Assembly: GCA_964421615.1 (NCBI GenBank)
Contig: CAYQXW010000001.1
Span: 1 to 27,114, forward strand
Reading direction: 5' to 3'
Length of the DNA: 27,114 nt
Source: an uncultured Planctomycetales bacterium
Lineage (GTDB): Bacteria > Omnitrophota > Gorgyraeia > Gygaellales > Profunditerraquicolaceae
The notes under the pieces were generated by a model. The model was given only the letters and a program-made list of their open reading frames with translations, was not told the DNA's origin and made no database searches. Within the stretch, counting starts at the first letter, position 1. Every line of letters starts with the position of its first letter. The position numbers were made by a program, and so were the translations under genes. This document shows, one piece after another, positions 1 to 9,142 of this stretch.

Positions 1-41
1 GGAGATGGGTAAGAAGAAAGTAAACTAAGAAATTTCGTAAT

Positions 42-1298
42 ATGAAAGATACAAATTTTTTAAAAGAAAAAATTAATTGTTTACCGGATTCATCAGGTGT
101 GTATATTTATAAAGATGCTAACGGGGAAATTCTATATGTTGGGAAAGCGAAGAATTTAAAGAAACGCGTGCAGTCATACTTTACCAGGTTTTTAGACGCA
201 AAAACTCAAGCGTTAGTTGAAAAAATAGCGGATTTAGAATATAGGGAAACGGTTACTGAGTTTCAGGCGCAGCTTCTAGAAGCTTCTTTAATCAAAGAAA
301 TCCAGCCGAAATATAATATCGACCTTAAAGATGATAAATCTTTTCCTTTAATTAAAATATCAAAAGAAGATTTTCCATTGATTGCTATTTGTCGGCATAA
401 AGAATTTTTACAAGATAAGGAAAAAGCTAATTTTTATTATGGGCCTTATTCAAGTGCAATATTTTTACGCCAGGCTTTAAAAGTTATCCGTAAAATATTT
501 GGTTATCGAAGTTGTAAACAATTTCCGAAAGCAGCTTGTCTTTATTTTAGATTGAAAATGTGTCCTGCCCCATGTATTGGTAAAATTCGCAAAGAGGAAT
601 ACTCTCGGATAATTGAAGAAATTAAAATGTTTTTGGATTTGAAGTATGAAAAGCTGATTGAAAGTCTTACTAAGCAAATGGAGTTAGCTGCAAAATCTCA
701 TGAGTACGAGCAGGCGGCTAAAATTCGGGATCAAATTAATGCTTTAAGTGCTTTAGGAAAAACTAATTCTAAGTTTTCTAGCAGTGATGAACTTGAGGAT
801 TTAAAAAAATTATTGAAACTAAAAAGTTTACCGGTTAGAATTGAAGGGTTTGATATTTCTAATATTTCAGGAAAAGAGGCAACTGGGTCTATGGTTAGCT
901 TTCATAGAGGCAGGCCGGATAAAAATAATTATAGAAGGTTTAAAATTAAGGAAGTTTCAGGGATAGATGATTATTCTATGTTGCGGGAAGTAGTAAAAAG
1001 AAGGTATTCTCGGTTGCAGAAAGAAAAAATTAATATGCCAGATTTAGTTTTAATCGACGGTGGAAAACAGCATTTGTTGGCAGCGCAGGATGAATTAAAA
1101 AAATTAAATTTAGATTTGTCTTTGATGAGTATTGCGAAAGACCAAGAACATGTTTATGTTAAAGGAGAAGTTTCGCCAATAAGTTTTTCTGGTGATACGC
1201 CGGCGTTGAATTTGATTCGCAGAGTTAGAGATGAAGCGCATCGGTTTGCGCGTAAGTATCATCATCTTTTACATAAAAAAGCAGTATTTAGTGATTAG
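42..1298 (+). CDS. uvrC: Excinuclease ABC subunit C, compact form without the C-terminal HhH domain
   Basis: GIY-YIG motif (GVYIYKD...ILYVGKAKNL), Cys-rich segment (CKQFPKAACLYFRLKMCPAPC), UVR domain (QMELAAKSHEYEQAAKIRDQI) and RNase H-like domain (RIEGFDISN, LIDGG, RDEAHRFA). Ends at 418 aa. Confidence 0.95.
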   Translation: MKDTNFLKEKINCLPDSSGVYIYKDANGEILYVGKAKNLKKRVQSYFTRFLDAKTQALVEKIADLEYRETVTEFQAQLLEASLIKEIQPKYNIDLKDDKSFPLIKISKEDFPLIAICRHKEFLQDKEKANFYYGPYSSAIFLRQALKVIRKIFGYRSCKQFPKAACLYFRLKMCPAPCIGKIRKEEYSRIIEEIKMFLDLKYEKLIESLTKQMELAAKSHEYEQAAKIRDQINALSALGKTNSKFSSSDELEDLKKLLKLKSLPVRIEGFDISNISGKEATGSMVSFHRGRPDKNNYRRFKIKEVSGIDDYSMLREVVKRRYSRLQKEKINMPDLVLIDGGKQHLLAAQDELKKLNLDLSLMSIAKDQEHVYVKGEVSPISFSGDTPALNLIRRVRDEAHRFARKYHHLLHKKAVFSD

Positions 1299-1299
1299 C

Positions 1300-1578
1300 A
1301 TGACTCCGTTAGCTAAAAAAGTTTATAAAGTTATTTCGACAATTCCAATAGGGCAGACGCGTAGTTACAAATGGGTAGCTCAACAAGTTGGGAGTCCACG
1401 AGCTTTTCAGGCAATCGGACAAATTTTAAAGCGAAATCCATATCCTATAATTATTCCTTGCCATCGCGTAGTAAAAAGCGATAATAGTTTGGGTGGATAT
1501 GTGTTTGGTCAAAGCAAAAAGAAAGAGTTATTAGATTTAGAAAAGGATATATGCATAAGTCTGGGGAACAAAGAATAA
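1300..1578 (+). CDS. ogt: Single-domain MGMT-family methylated-DNA--protein-cysteine methyltransferase (92 aa)
   Basis: IPIGQTRSYKWVAQQVGSPRAFQAIG helix-turn-helix and NPYPIIIPCHRVV active-site motif. ATG at 1300 lies 1 nt after the uvrC stop, so it is preferred over the track's 1231 start. Confidence 0.9.
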   Translation: MTPLAKKVYKVISTIPIGQTRSYKWVAQQVGSPRAFQAIGQILKRNPYPIIIPCHRVVKSDNSLGGYVFGQSKKKELLDLEKDICISLGNKE

Positions 1579-2483
1579 GAGCAGTTTTATATTATATAAG
1601 TTTATCTATATTTTTTATAGGTTTACCATTTATTCTTGCTTTTTCTTTAAGTTATAAATTTAATCCTAAAAAATTACAATTTACAAAAACAGGTATTGTG
1701 GGAATTCGCACTCAACCTTCCGGGGCTTTTGTTTATATTGATGGAAAGTTGTTAACAGATAAAACCCCAGTTAGTATTAATGAACTTTTACCGGGTAAAT
1801 ATAAGATTGAAGCAAAAATAGATGGTTATTATCCTTATTCTATAGATGCAGAAGTTGAAGCAGGTAAAGTTACTAGACTTGAAAAAATTATTCTTTTTCC
1901 TTTGATTCCGAATGTAGAGCAATTAAATAAAGATAGAATTTCGTTTTTCTGGGTAGATGAAGTAAAAGGATTGATTTATTATGTAAATGAATCTGATAAC
2001 GTGATTTATCGTTCTGACCAAAATGGTGAGCATTTTGAAGAAGTTGCGAAGTTTTTGCCAATAACTCCAGTACCCAAAAAATGGGTTTTATCTTACAATA
2101 AAGAGAAATTGATTTATTTTAATAATCATCAAGTAGGAGTTATTAATTTTGAATATAAAGATAAAAATAAGGATACAGGAAGTTTTATTATGAATTTTGC
2201 TCAGGAGAATATTAATGAAGTTTTTTGGTATTCTGATAATTACCATTTAATATTTATTTGCAGTAATAAAATTGCGATTTCAGAAAGCAGAGTAGATGCT
2301 CCATTAATAAATTTGGCGAATTTGAATAAAAAGAATTCTTCTGGGTATTTTGATTCTAGGACAGATATTTTATATTTTTTAGATTCACAACGAGCTAGTG
2401 ATGGTCAGTTTTATGATAATTTATATAAAATTCAGTTAAATAAAAGAATACATTCATTCCAATTTCAAGAGTTTATAAATTAA
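1551..2483 (+). CDS. PEGA domain-containing membrane-anchored protein
   Basis: N-terminal TM helix, then GIVGIRTQPSGAFVYIDGK...TPVSINELLPGKYKIEAKIDGYYPY (PEGA pattern), then a beta-rich region. AAGGA RBS at 1543-1547. Confidence 0.8.
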   Translation: MHKSGEQRIRAVLYYISLSIFFIGLPFILAFSLSYKFNPKKLQFTKTGIVGIRTQPSGAFVYIDGKLLTDKTPVSINELLPGKYKIEAKIDGYYPYSIDAEVEAGKVTRLEKIILFPLIPNVEQLNKDRISFFWVDEVKGLIYYVNESDNVIYRSDQNGEHFEEVAKFLPITPVPKKWVLSYNKEKLIYFNNHQVGVINFEYKDKNKDTGSFIMNFAQENINEVFWYSDNYHLIFICSNKIAISESRVDAPLINLANLNKKNSSGYFDSRTDILYFLDSQRASDGQFYDNLYKIQLNKRIHSFQFQEFIN

Positions 2484-2486
2484 AAT

Positions 2487-3980
2487 ATGAATAAGAATTA
2501 TAAATTAAAAAGATTTTTAGAAATAATTCCTGGGAGCTTGTCTTGGGGAGTTATTCTTTTTTTTATTTTAATCGCTTTTATTAATCCTGTCGGATGTGCG
2601 ATTATAATTATTATTTTTGATTTTTACTGGATCATCCGTACAGTTTATTTAACTACTCTTTTAATTATGGCGCACCAGCGGTTGACTCGGGAGCGTAATA
2701 TAAAATGGTTGGAAGAATGCAAAAAAGTTACAGCAAAGAAAAATTGGCAGGATATTCATCAGTTAGTTTTATTTCCTGTTTATAAAGAAGGCGTGGAGAT
2801 ATTAAGAGCTTCTTTAAATTCTTTGAAGAATTGCGATTATCCTAAAGAAAAAATTTCTGTGGTTATTTCTTTTGAAGATAGGCATTTCCCATCGAAAGAA
2901 ATAGCTAAAATTCTGGAAGAAGAATTTAAGGGTGTATTTTGTAACTATGTTACTACATTTCATCCCGATGGTTTACATGGAGAGAAAAGGTTAAAAGGTG
3001 CAAATGCTACTTGGGCTGCTAAAAGAGCAAAAGATTTCTTATTGAAACAAAATATTCATCTAGATAATGTGGTTGTATCTTGTTTTGATGCGGATACATG
3101 TATTGATAGACAATATTTTGGATGTTTGACTTATCATTTTCTAACTTGTGCTAAACCGCATAAAGCAAGTTATCAACCAGTTCCTGTTTATAATAATAAT
3201 ATTTGGTATGCGCCTTCTTTGGCAAGGTTAGTTGAAATCAGTGCATCTTTTTGCCAGTTAATCGAAAGTATGCGTTTAGAAAAATTTGTTACTTTTTCAA
3301 GTCATAGTATGAGTTTTAAAACTTTAGTCGATATTGATTATTGGCCTGTAGATATGATTTCAGATGATTCGGTAGTTTACTGGAAAGCATTTATTTACCA
3401 TAAAGGTGATTATCGGGTTGTTCCGATGTATACGACTGTTTCTATGGATGTGGCTTATGGAAATGGATTTTTGAAAACGTTAGAAGTTCAGTATAAACAA
3501 AAAAGACGTTGGGCTTGGGGAGTAGAAAATTTTCCTTATGTTGTAATGCGGTTTATGAATAATCGCGATATCCCTTTTTTAGTGAAGGTACGCAGGTCTT
3601 TCCATCTGTTAGAAGGTCATGTTACTTGGGCGGTATGGGCGGTGATTACTATTATTATTGCTCCTTTACCGATTATTTTTGGAGGAGTATTTTTTTCGCA
3701 GATGGCGATAGGTTATAATTTGCCGCGTATTACAGGATTATTATTGCACTTTACATTATTTAATAGTTTAGTTTGGATTCTTTTAAGCAGAACGATTTTA
3801 CCTCCGCGTCCAAAAGATGTCCCGTGGATAAAACATGTGGTAATGATAATTGAATGGTTTATAGTTCCATTTATTATTTTGATTATTGGTTCTACTCCAG
3901 CTTTAGATGCTCAAACAAGAATGATGTTGAAAAAATATATGGAATTTTCTTCTACAGAAAAATTTCGTAAAGTGGTATAA
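2487..3980 (+). CDS. Membrane-integral glycosyltransferase family 2 (processive synthase-type motifs)
   Basis: Two N-terminal TM helices, PVYKE, DADT (DxD), ISDD (TED-like) and QKRRW (QxxRW) motifs, several C-terminal TM helices. Confidence 0.85.
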   Translation: MNKNYKLKRFLEIIPGSLSWGVILFFILIAFINPVGCAIIIIIFDFYWIIRTVYLTTLLIMAHQRLTRERNIKWLEECKKVTAKKNWQDIHQLVLFPVYKEGVEILRASLNSLKNCDYPKEKISVVISFEDRHFPSKEIAKILEEEFKGVFCNYVTTFHPDGLHGEKRLKGANATWAAKRAKDFLLKQNIHLDNVVVSCFDADTCIDRQYFGCLTYHFLTCAKPHKASYQPVPVYNNNIWYAPSLARLVEISASFCQLIESMRLEKFVTFSSHSMSFKTLVDIDYWPVDMISDDSVVYWKAFIYHKGDYRVVPMYTTVSMDVAYGNGFLKTLEVQYKQKRRWAWGVENFPYVVMRFMNNRDIPFLVKVRRSFHLLEGHVTWAVWAVITIIIAPLPIIFGGVFFSQMAIGYNLPRITGLLLHFTLFNSLVWILLSRTILPPRPKDVPWIKHVVMIIEWFIVPFIILIIGSTPALDAQTRMMLKKYMEFSSTEKFRKVV

Positions 3981-4004
3981 TATTTGCAAACTAGGAGGAT
4001 TCAA

Positions 4005-5099
4005 ATGTTAGATATACATACATGTTTACAGATGATGGTTGAGAAAGAAGCTTCTGATATGTTTTTTCGACCGGGTGGTTATTTACGTATGCGTATCAAT
4101 GGTCAGGTTTTAACAATGTCGGAGAAAATGATTAATACCGATGATTTGGATCAGGCTTTACAGAAATTATTATCTGAGGAGTTGAGGGATTTTTTTAGAA
4201 AAAAATTGGATATAGATTTTGCTTATTTTAGCCCAGAACTTAAAAGACGTTTCAGGGTTAGCATTTTTACTCAGCGTAACTGGCCTGCGATTGTTATAAG
4301 AGCGATTCCACCTTTTTCTAAAACACTAGAGGAATTGAAATTACCGGCGGAAGTATTAAAGAAATTGGCAATGGAAAGACGCGGTATGGTTTTGTTGACA
4401 GGAACTATGGGATCTGGAAAATCAACCGCAATTGCTAGTATGATAGAGCATGTTAATGTAAATTGTTTTAAACATGTGCTTACTTTGGAAGAGCCAATTG
4501 AGTTTACATTTTCAGATAAAAATTCTTTTATAAATCAAAGAGAGTTAGGCAAAGATGTTGCTAATTATCCGGTAGCATTAAGAGCGTTTACGTTGCAGAG
4601 TCCAGATGTTATTTACATCGGTAATATTCGTGATGCGGAAACTATGTCAGCGGCTTTAACTGCTGCAGAGACAGGTGTTTTAGTTTTGAGTACTTTGCAT
4701 ACGGTTAATGCGCCACAAACGATTGAAAGAATTATCAATTTTTTTCCACCGCATCAGCATCAGGAAATTAGGACACAGTTATCTTTTTTATTAAAAGGTG
4801 TTATTTCATTGAGGCTTGTTCCTTTGAAAGAAGAGCAGGCGGTTGGAGTTGCTGGAAGAATTCCTGCAAGTGAAGTTATGATACTAAGTCCTACAGTCGG
4901 AAGGTTGATAAGAGAAAATAAGATTTGGGAGATCACTAAAGTTTTGGAAGAAAGTGAAATCTTTGGGATGCATTCTTTTACCCAATCATTAGTCAAATTG
5001 GTTAAAGACGGGGTAGTGACCGAAGAAGAAGCTCTTAATTTTTGTGATAATAAAGATGAGTTTGTTTTATCACTCAAAGGAATAAAGAAACTATGTTAG
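4005..5099 (+). CDS. PilT/PilU-family type IV pilus ATPase with degenerate catalytic motifs
   Basis: ASDMFFRPG, RFRVSIF, Walker A GTMGSGKST, LEEPIEF, INQRELG, STLHT, RLIRE. ATG at 4005 follows an AGGAGG RBS at 3993-3998. Confidence 0.9.
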   Translation: MLDIHTCLQMMVEKEASDMFFRPGGYLRMRINGQVLTMSEKMINTDDLDQALQKLLSEELRDFFRKKLDIDFAYFSPELKRRFRVSIFTQRNWPAIVIRAIPPFSKTLEELKLPAEVLKKLAMERRGMVLLTGTMGSGKSTAIASMIEHVNVNCFKHVLTLEEPIEFTFSDKNSFINQRELGKDVANYPVALRAFTLQSPDVIYIGNIRDAETMSAALTAAETGVLVLSTLHTVNAPQTIERIINFFPPHQHQEIRTQLSFLLKGVISLRLVPLKEEQAVGVAGRIPASEVMILSPTVGRLIRENKIWEITKVLEESEIFGMHSFTQSLVKLVKDGVVTEEEALNFCDNKDEFVLSLKGIKKLC

Positions 5100-6197
5100 T
5101 TGAAATAAAAAATAAATTACAGAATATTTCTATAGTTATTGAAAATCTTCGGGGGTATCTTTGACATAGATAAGAAAAAGCAATCTATTTTAGAATTATC
5201 TAGTCAAATGTCTGAACCTGCTTTTTGGAATGACGAACAAAAGTCTTCTAAAATTGTAAAAGAACTGAAAAGTTTAAAACTTGTAGTAGAACCTTGGGAA
5301 AATTCTTCTAAAAAACTGCAAGAGATAAAAGAATTTTCAGAGTTGCTTAAAGAAGATAAAGAATCAGATTTAATTTCTGAGTTAGAAAAAAATATCCAAG
5401 TATTGGAAGCTGAAGTCGGTAAGTTAGAGTTTAAAACTTTATTAAGCGGTGAAGTTGATCCTAATAGTGCAATGCTGAGCATTAATGCAGGTGCTGGTGG
5501 AACTGAGAGTTGTGATTGGGTTTCTATGCTTTTGCGAATGTATATGCGTTGGGCTGAAGATAAGGGATATAAAGTTAAGACGCTGGATATTTTACCTGGT
5601 GAAGAAGCCGGGGTTAAGAATGTTACGTTGCTAATTGAAGGAGAATATGCTTTTGGATTTGCAAAAGCTGAAAGAGGAGTACATCGGTTAGTACGTATTT
5701 CACCTTTTGATGCTAATAAAAGAAGGCATACTTCATTTGCGTCGGTAGATGTTATTCCAGAAATAGAAGATATGCAGTTGAATATAGATGAAAAAGATTT
5801 ATTGATCGAAACTTTCCGTGCTTCAAGTGCTGGCGGGCAGCATATGCAGAAAACTGAATCAGCAGTTAGGATTACGCATTTACCTTCAGGAATTATTGCT
5901 CAGTCTCAGAATGAACGTTCGCAGCAGCAAAATAAACAAACTGCTATGAAAATTCTTCAAGGCCGAGTTTATGATTATGAGCAGCAGAAAAGAGAACAAG
6001 AATTACAAAAATATGCTGCAGAGAAAAAGAAAATTGAATGGGGTAGTCAGATTCGTTCTTATGTTATGCATCCGTATAATTTGGTAAAAGATCATCGTAC
6101 TGAACATGAAACAGGGAATGTTGCGGCAGTTATGGATGGAAAACTAGATGAATTTATTGAGGCTTATTTAAAAATGCAGGCGAAAGGAAAAGGATAG
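5093..6197 (+). CDS. prfB: Peptide chain release factor 2, translated via a programmed +1 frameshift (about 367 aa)
   Basis: A 23-codon ORF from ATG 5093 ([23 protein letters not shown]) ends at CTT-TGA-C and the +1 frame continues DIDKKK... SPF (RISPFD) and GGQ motifs and the [10 protein letters not shown]-terminus are present. Confidence 0.95.
5151..5165 (+). promoter_or_regulatory. RF2 +1 programmed ribosomal frameshift site
   Basis: GGGGGTATCTTTGAC: internal SD-like GGGGG, slippery CTT at 5159-5161, TGA at 5162-5164, then C. This matches the canonical prfB signal. Confidence 0.95.
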
Positions 6198-6199
6198 AT

Positions 6200-9142
6200 A
6201 TGTTGGGGATTGTAAGAAAAATAAATTTGAATAGAGCTCAGAAAAAAATTAAGAAAAATCATCCTAATGTTAAAATGGTTTTGCATAAAGAGATGCCTAT
6301 TTCTTCTATGAATGATATGCCAAGGCTGGCGGCAATTGTAAATAAAGTAAATCTATTTGAAGAAAAGGTAAAACCTTTGTCTGATGCGCAGTTATGTGAA
6401 AAAACTCACCAGTTTAAAGAGTATTTAATTAAGAAGTCAGAAGAGATTAATCCTCAGATTGAAGAATTAAACAACATGATGGAATCTGTTACTATCCAAG
6501 AGGAAAAAGATAAACTTAAAGAAAAAATAAAGTTAACCAGAAATAAAATTTTTGAAGATATTTTACCGGAAGCTTTTGCTGTGGTGCGTGAAGCGTCCAT
6601 TAGAACTATAGGTTTGCGTCATTTTGATGTGCAGATTGCTGGAGGTATAATTTTACATGAAGGAAAAATTCCAGAAATGTCTACCGGTGAAGGTAAGACA
6701 TTAGTGGCAACTTTACCTGCGTATCTTAATGCATTATTAGGTAAAGGTGTGCATATTGTAACTGTGAATGATTATTTAGCAAAGAGAGATAGTGAATGGA
6801 TGGGGCCGATTTTTAAATTTCTTGGGTTAACCGTTGGGGTTATCCAGCATGAATTATCTGATCCGCAAAGAAAAGTGGCTTATGGCTGTGATATTACATA
6901 TGGAACCAATAATGAATTTGGATTTGATTATTTGCGTGACAATATGAAGTATTCTATTGAAGATGTTGTTCAACGGGAACATTATTATGCAATTGTTGAT
7001 GAGGTTGATTCAATTTTGATTGATGAGTCTAGGACTCCTTTAATTATTTCTGGAGCAGCGGAAGAGTCGACAGATAAATATTATACTGCAAAAACAATTG
7101 CAGAAAAATTAAAAGGTAGAAGAATTACTGAAAATGATGAGATTGATGCAAAACATAAAGGCGAAGATTTATCTGTTGGGTTTGATTATGTTGCAGATGA
7201 AAAAGCTCAGACTATTTCCTTGAGTGAAGAAGGGGAAGCAAAAGCTGCTAAATATTGGGGCGTAGATAATTTATATAGTTTTGAAACTATGGAATTAAAA
7301 CACCATATTAATCAGGCTTTGAGAGCTAAAGAATTTTTCAGGAAAGATAAGGATTATATAGTTAAAGATAACCAGGTAATTATTGTTGATGAGTTTACTG
7401 GACGATTGATGCCTGGAAGACGTTGGTCTGACGGATTGCATCAGGCGATTGAGTCTAAAGAAGGAATGAAAATAGAAAGAGAAAACCAGACTTTAGCTAC
7501 AATTACTTTTCAGAATTATTTTAGAATGTATGAAAAGTTAGCAGGGATGACAGGTACAGCTTATACTGAAGCCAGTGAGTTTAAAACGATTTATAGATTG
7601 GAAGTTGTAACGTTGCCGACAAATAGGCCGTTGATTCGTGAGAATTTTCCGGATTCAATTTATCGGACGGAAAAAGAAAAATTTGATGCAGTTGTTAATG
7701 AAATCTCTGAGCTGTATAAAAAAGGTAAACCGGTTTTAGTGGGAACTATTTCTATAGAGAAATCTGAACTGCTTTCAGAGTTACTAAAAAGAAAAGGTGT
7801 GCAGCATCAAGTGTTGAATGCTAAATACCATGAGATGGAAGCGCAGATAGTTGCTCAGGCAGGTCGATATAAGGGAGTTACAATCGCTACCAATATGGCG
7901 GGTCGAGGTACAGATATTTTATTAGGAGGGAACCCTGAATTTTTAGCAAGAAGTTTAATGACTCAAAAAGTAAATTCCGGGGAAGCAAATCTGAATTATG
8001 AAGAAGAATATGTAAAAGTAAAAGAAAGATTTAAAAATCAAGCTAAAGAAGAGCACAATAAAGTTGTGGATCTTGGGGGATTGCATGTTTTAGGTACAGA
8101 ACGTCATGAATCTCGCCGTATTGATAACCAGCTGCGAGGTCGTTGTGGACGTCAAGGTGATCCAGGCGCTTCAAGATTTTATATTTCATTAGAAGATGAT
8201 TTAATGCGTTTGTTCGGTTCTGATAAATTAAAAGGGCTTATGGGAACATTTGGTTTTGAAGAAGGGCAAGTAATTGAGCATCCTTTAGTCAGCCGTTCTT
8301 TGGAAGTCGCCCAGAAAAGAGTAGAACAGCATAATTTTGAAATACGTAAGCAGCTGCTTGAATATGATAATGTTATGAATAAACAAAGAGAAGTTATTTA
8401 TGGACAGCGTCGGGATATTTTAGGCGGTTCTAACCTTAAAGAACAGATATATTTTATTGTTGAAAAAATTGTTGATAGTTTTGTTGAGGATTTTTTTAGA
8501 GAAGAACAAGAGGAATCAAAAGTTACTGATGAGGAAAAAGTTAAGCAGCTTATTTCTGCAGTGGGAATGAAATTTGGAGTGAGTATAACTAATTCCGATA
8601 TTGATGGTAAGAATAGAGATGATTTAAAAAAAGATTTAAATGATAAAGTGATTGCTTTTTATGAAGAAAAAGAAAAGCGGATTGGAACTGAACTTTCCCG
8701 CCATATGGAAAGAATGGTTTTTCTACAGATTATGGATAGTAAGTGGAAAGATCATCTTTACGCGATGGATAAACTTCGAGAAGGAATTGGGCTGCGAGCT
8801 TATGGGCATCGGGATCCGTTGATCGAATACAAAAAAGAAGCTTTTTCTTGTTTTAGTATAATGATGGATGGGATTGATGATGAAGCTGTTGAAATGATTT
8901 ATAAACTTCAACCGGTAAAAGAAGAACGGGTTAAAACAGTTTTTCATGCTGATAATCAGCAGATGGTTCACCCGGAAGTTAATAAATCTGCAAGTATTCA
9001 GAAAGAAGCAGAGCATTCTTCCAGTCAGCCTCAAAAAGTGCAGACTCAAGTTAATGCTGCAAATGATAAAGTTGGACGAAATGATCCTTGTCCTTGTGGT
9101 TCGGGGAAAAAATTTAAAAAATGTTGTGGGATCAACGGTTGA
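6200..9142 (+). CDS. secA: Preprotein translocase ATPase SecA
   Basis: MSTGEGKT Walker [48 protein letters not shown], and C-terminal [23 protein letters not shown]. Confidence 0.98.
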   Translation: MLGIVRKINLNRAQKKIKKNHPNVKMVLHKEMPISSMNDMPRLAAIVNKVNLFEEKVKPLSDAQLCEKTHQFKEYLIKKSEEINPQIEELNNMMESVTIQEEKDKLKEKIKLTRNKIFEDILPEAFAVVREASIRTIGLRHFDVQIAGGIILHEGKIPEMSTGEGKTLVATLPAYLNALLGKGVHIVTVNDYLAKRDSEWMGPIFKFLGLTVGVIQHELSDPQRKVAYGCDITYGTNNEFGFDYLRDNMKYSIEDVVQREHYYAIVDEVDSILIDESRTPLIISGAAEESTDKYYTAKTIAEKLKGRRITENDEIDAKHKGEDLSVGFDYVADEKAQTISLSEEGEAKAAKYWGVDNLYSFETMELKHHINQALRAKEFFRKDKDYIVKDNQVIIVDEFTGRLMPGRRWSDGLHQAIESKEGMKIERENQTLATITFQNYFRMYEKLAGMTGTAYTEASEFKTIYRLEVVTLPTNRPLIRENFPDSIYRTEKEKFDAVVNEISELYKKGKPVLVGTISIEKSELLSELLKRKGVQHQVLNAKYHEMEAQIVAQAGRYKGVTIATNMAGRGTDILLGGNPEFLARSLMTQKVNSGEANLNYEEEYVKVKERFKNQAKEEHNKVVDLGGLHVLGTERHESRRIDNQLRGRCGRQGDPGASRFYISLEDDLMRLFGSDKLKGLMGTFGFEEGQVIEHPLVSRSLEVAQKRVEQHNFEIRKQLLEYDNVMNKQREVIYGQRRDILGGSNLKEQIYFIVEKIVDSFVEDFFREEQEESKVTDEEKVKQLISAVGMKFGVSITNSDIDGKNRDDLKKDLNDKVIAFYEEKEKRIGTELSRHMERMVFLQIMDSKWKDHLYAMDKLREGIGLRAYGHRDPLIEYKKEAFSCFSIMMDGIDDEAVEMIYKLQPVKEERVKTVFHADNQQMVHPEVNKSASIQKEAEHSSSQPQKVQTQVNAANDKVGRNDPCPCGSGKKFKKCCGING

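Noticed and set aside
1-28. Possible 3' end of an upstream gene (...EMGKKKVN-stop in frame 2)
   Set aside because: Only 8 codons are visible, too few to support a CDS or an identity.
1231-1299. Track's extended N-terminus for the MGMT ORF
   Set aside because: It overlaps the conserved uvrC C-terminus by 68 nt. ATG 1300 gives a normal domain start.
5139-5162. TTG start for prfB, or prfB as a frameshifted pseudogene
   Set aside because: Explained by the canonical programmed frameshift, with the true start at 5093.
5821-5860. RF2 loop variant [11 protein letters not shown] and Lnt variant ICIED (near 10237)
   Set aside because: The catalytic GGQ and Cys are intact. The flanking changes are within plausible family variation.
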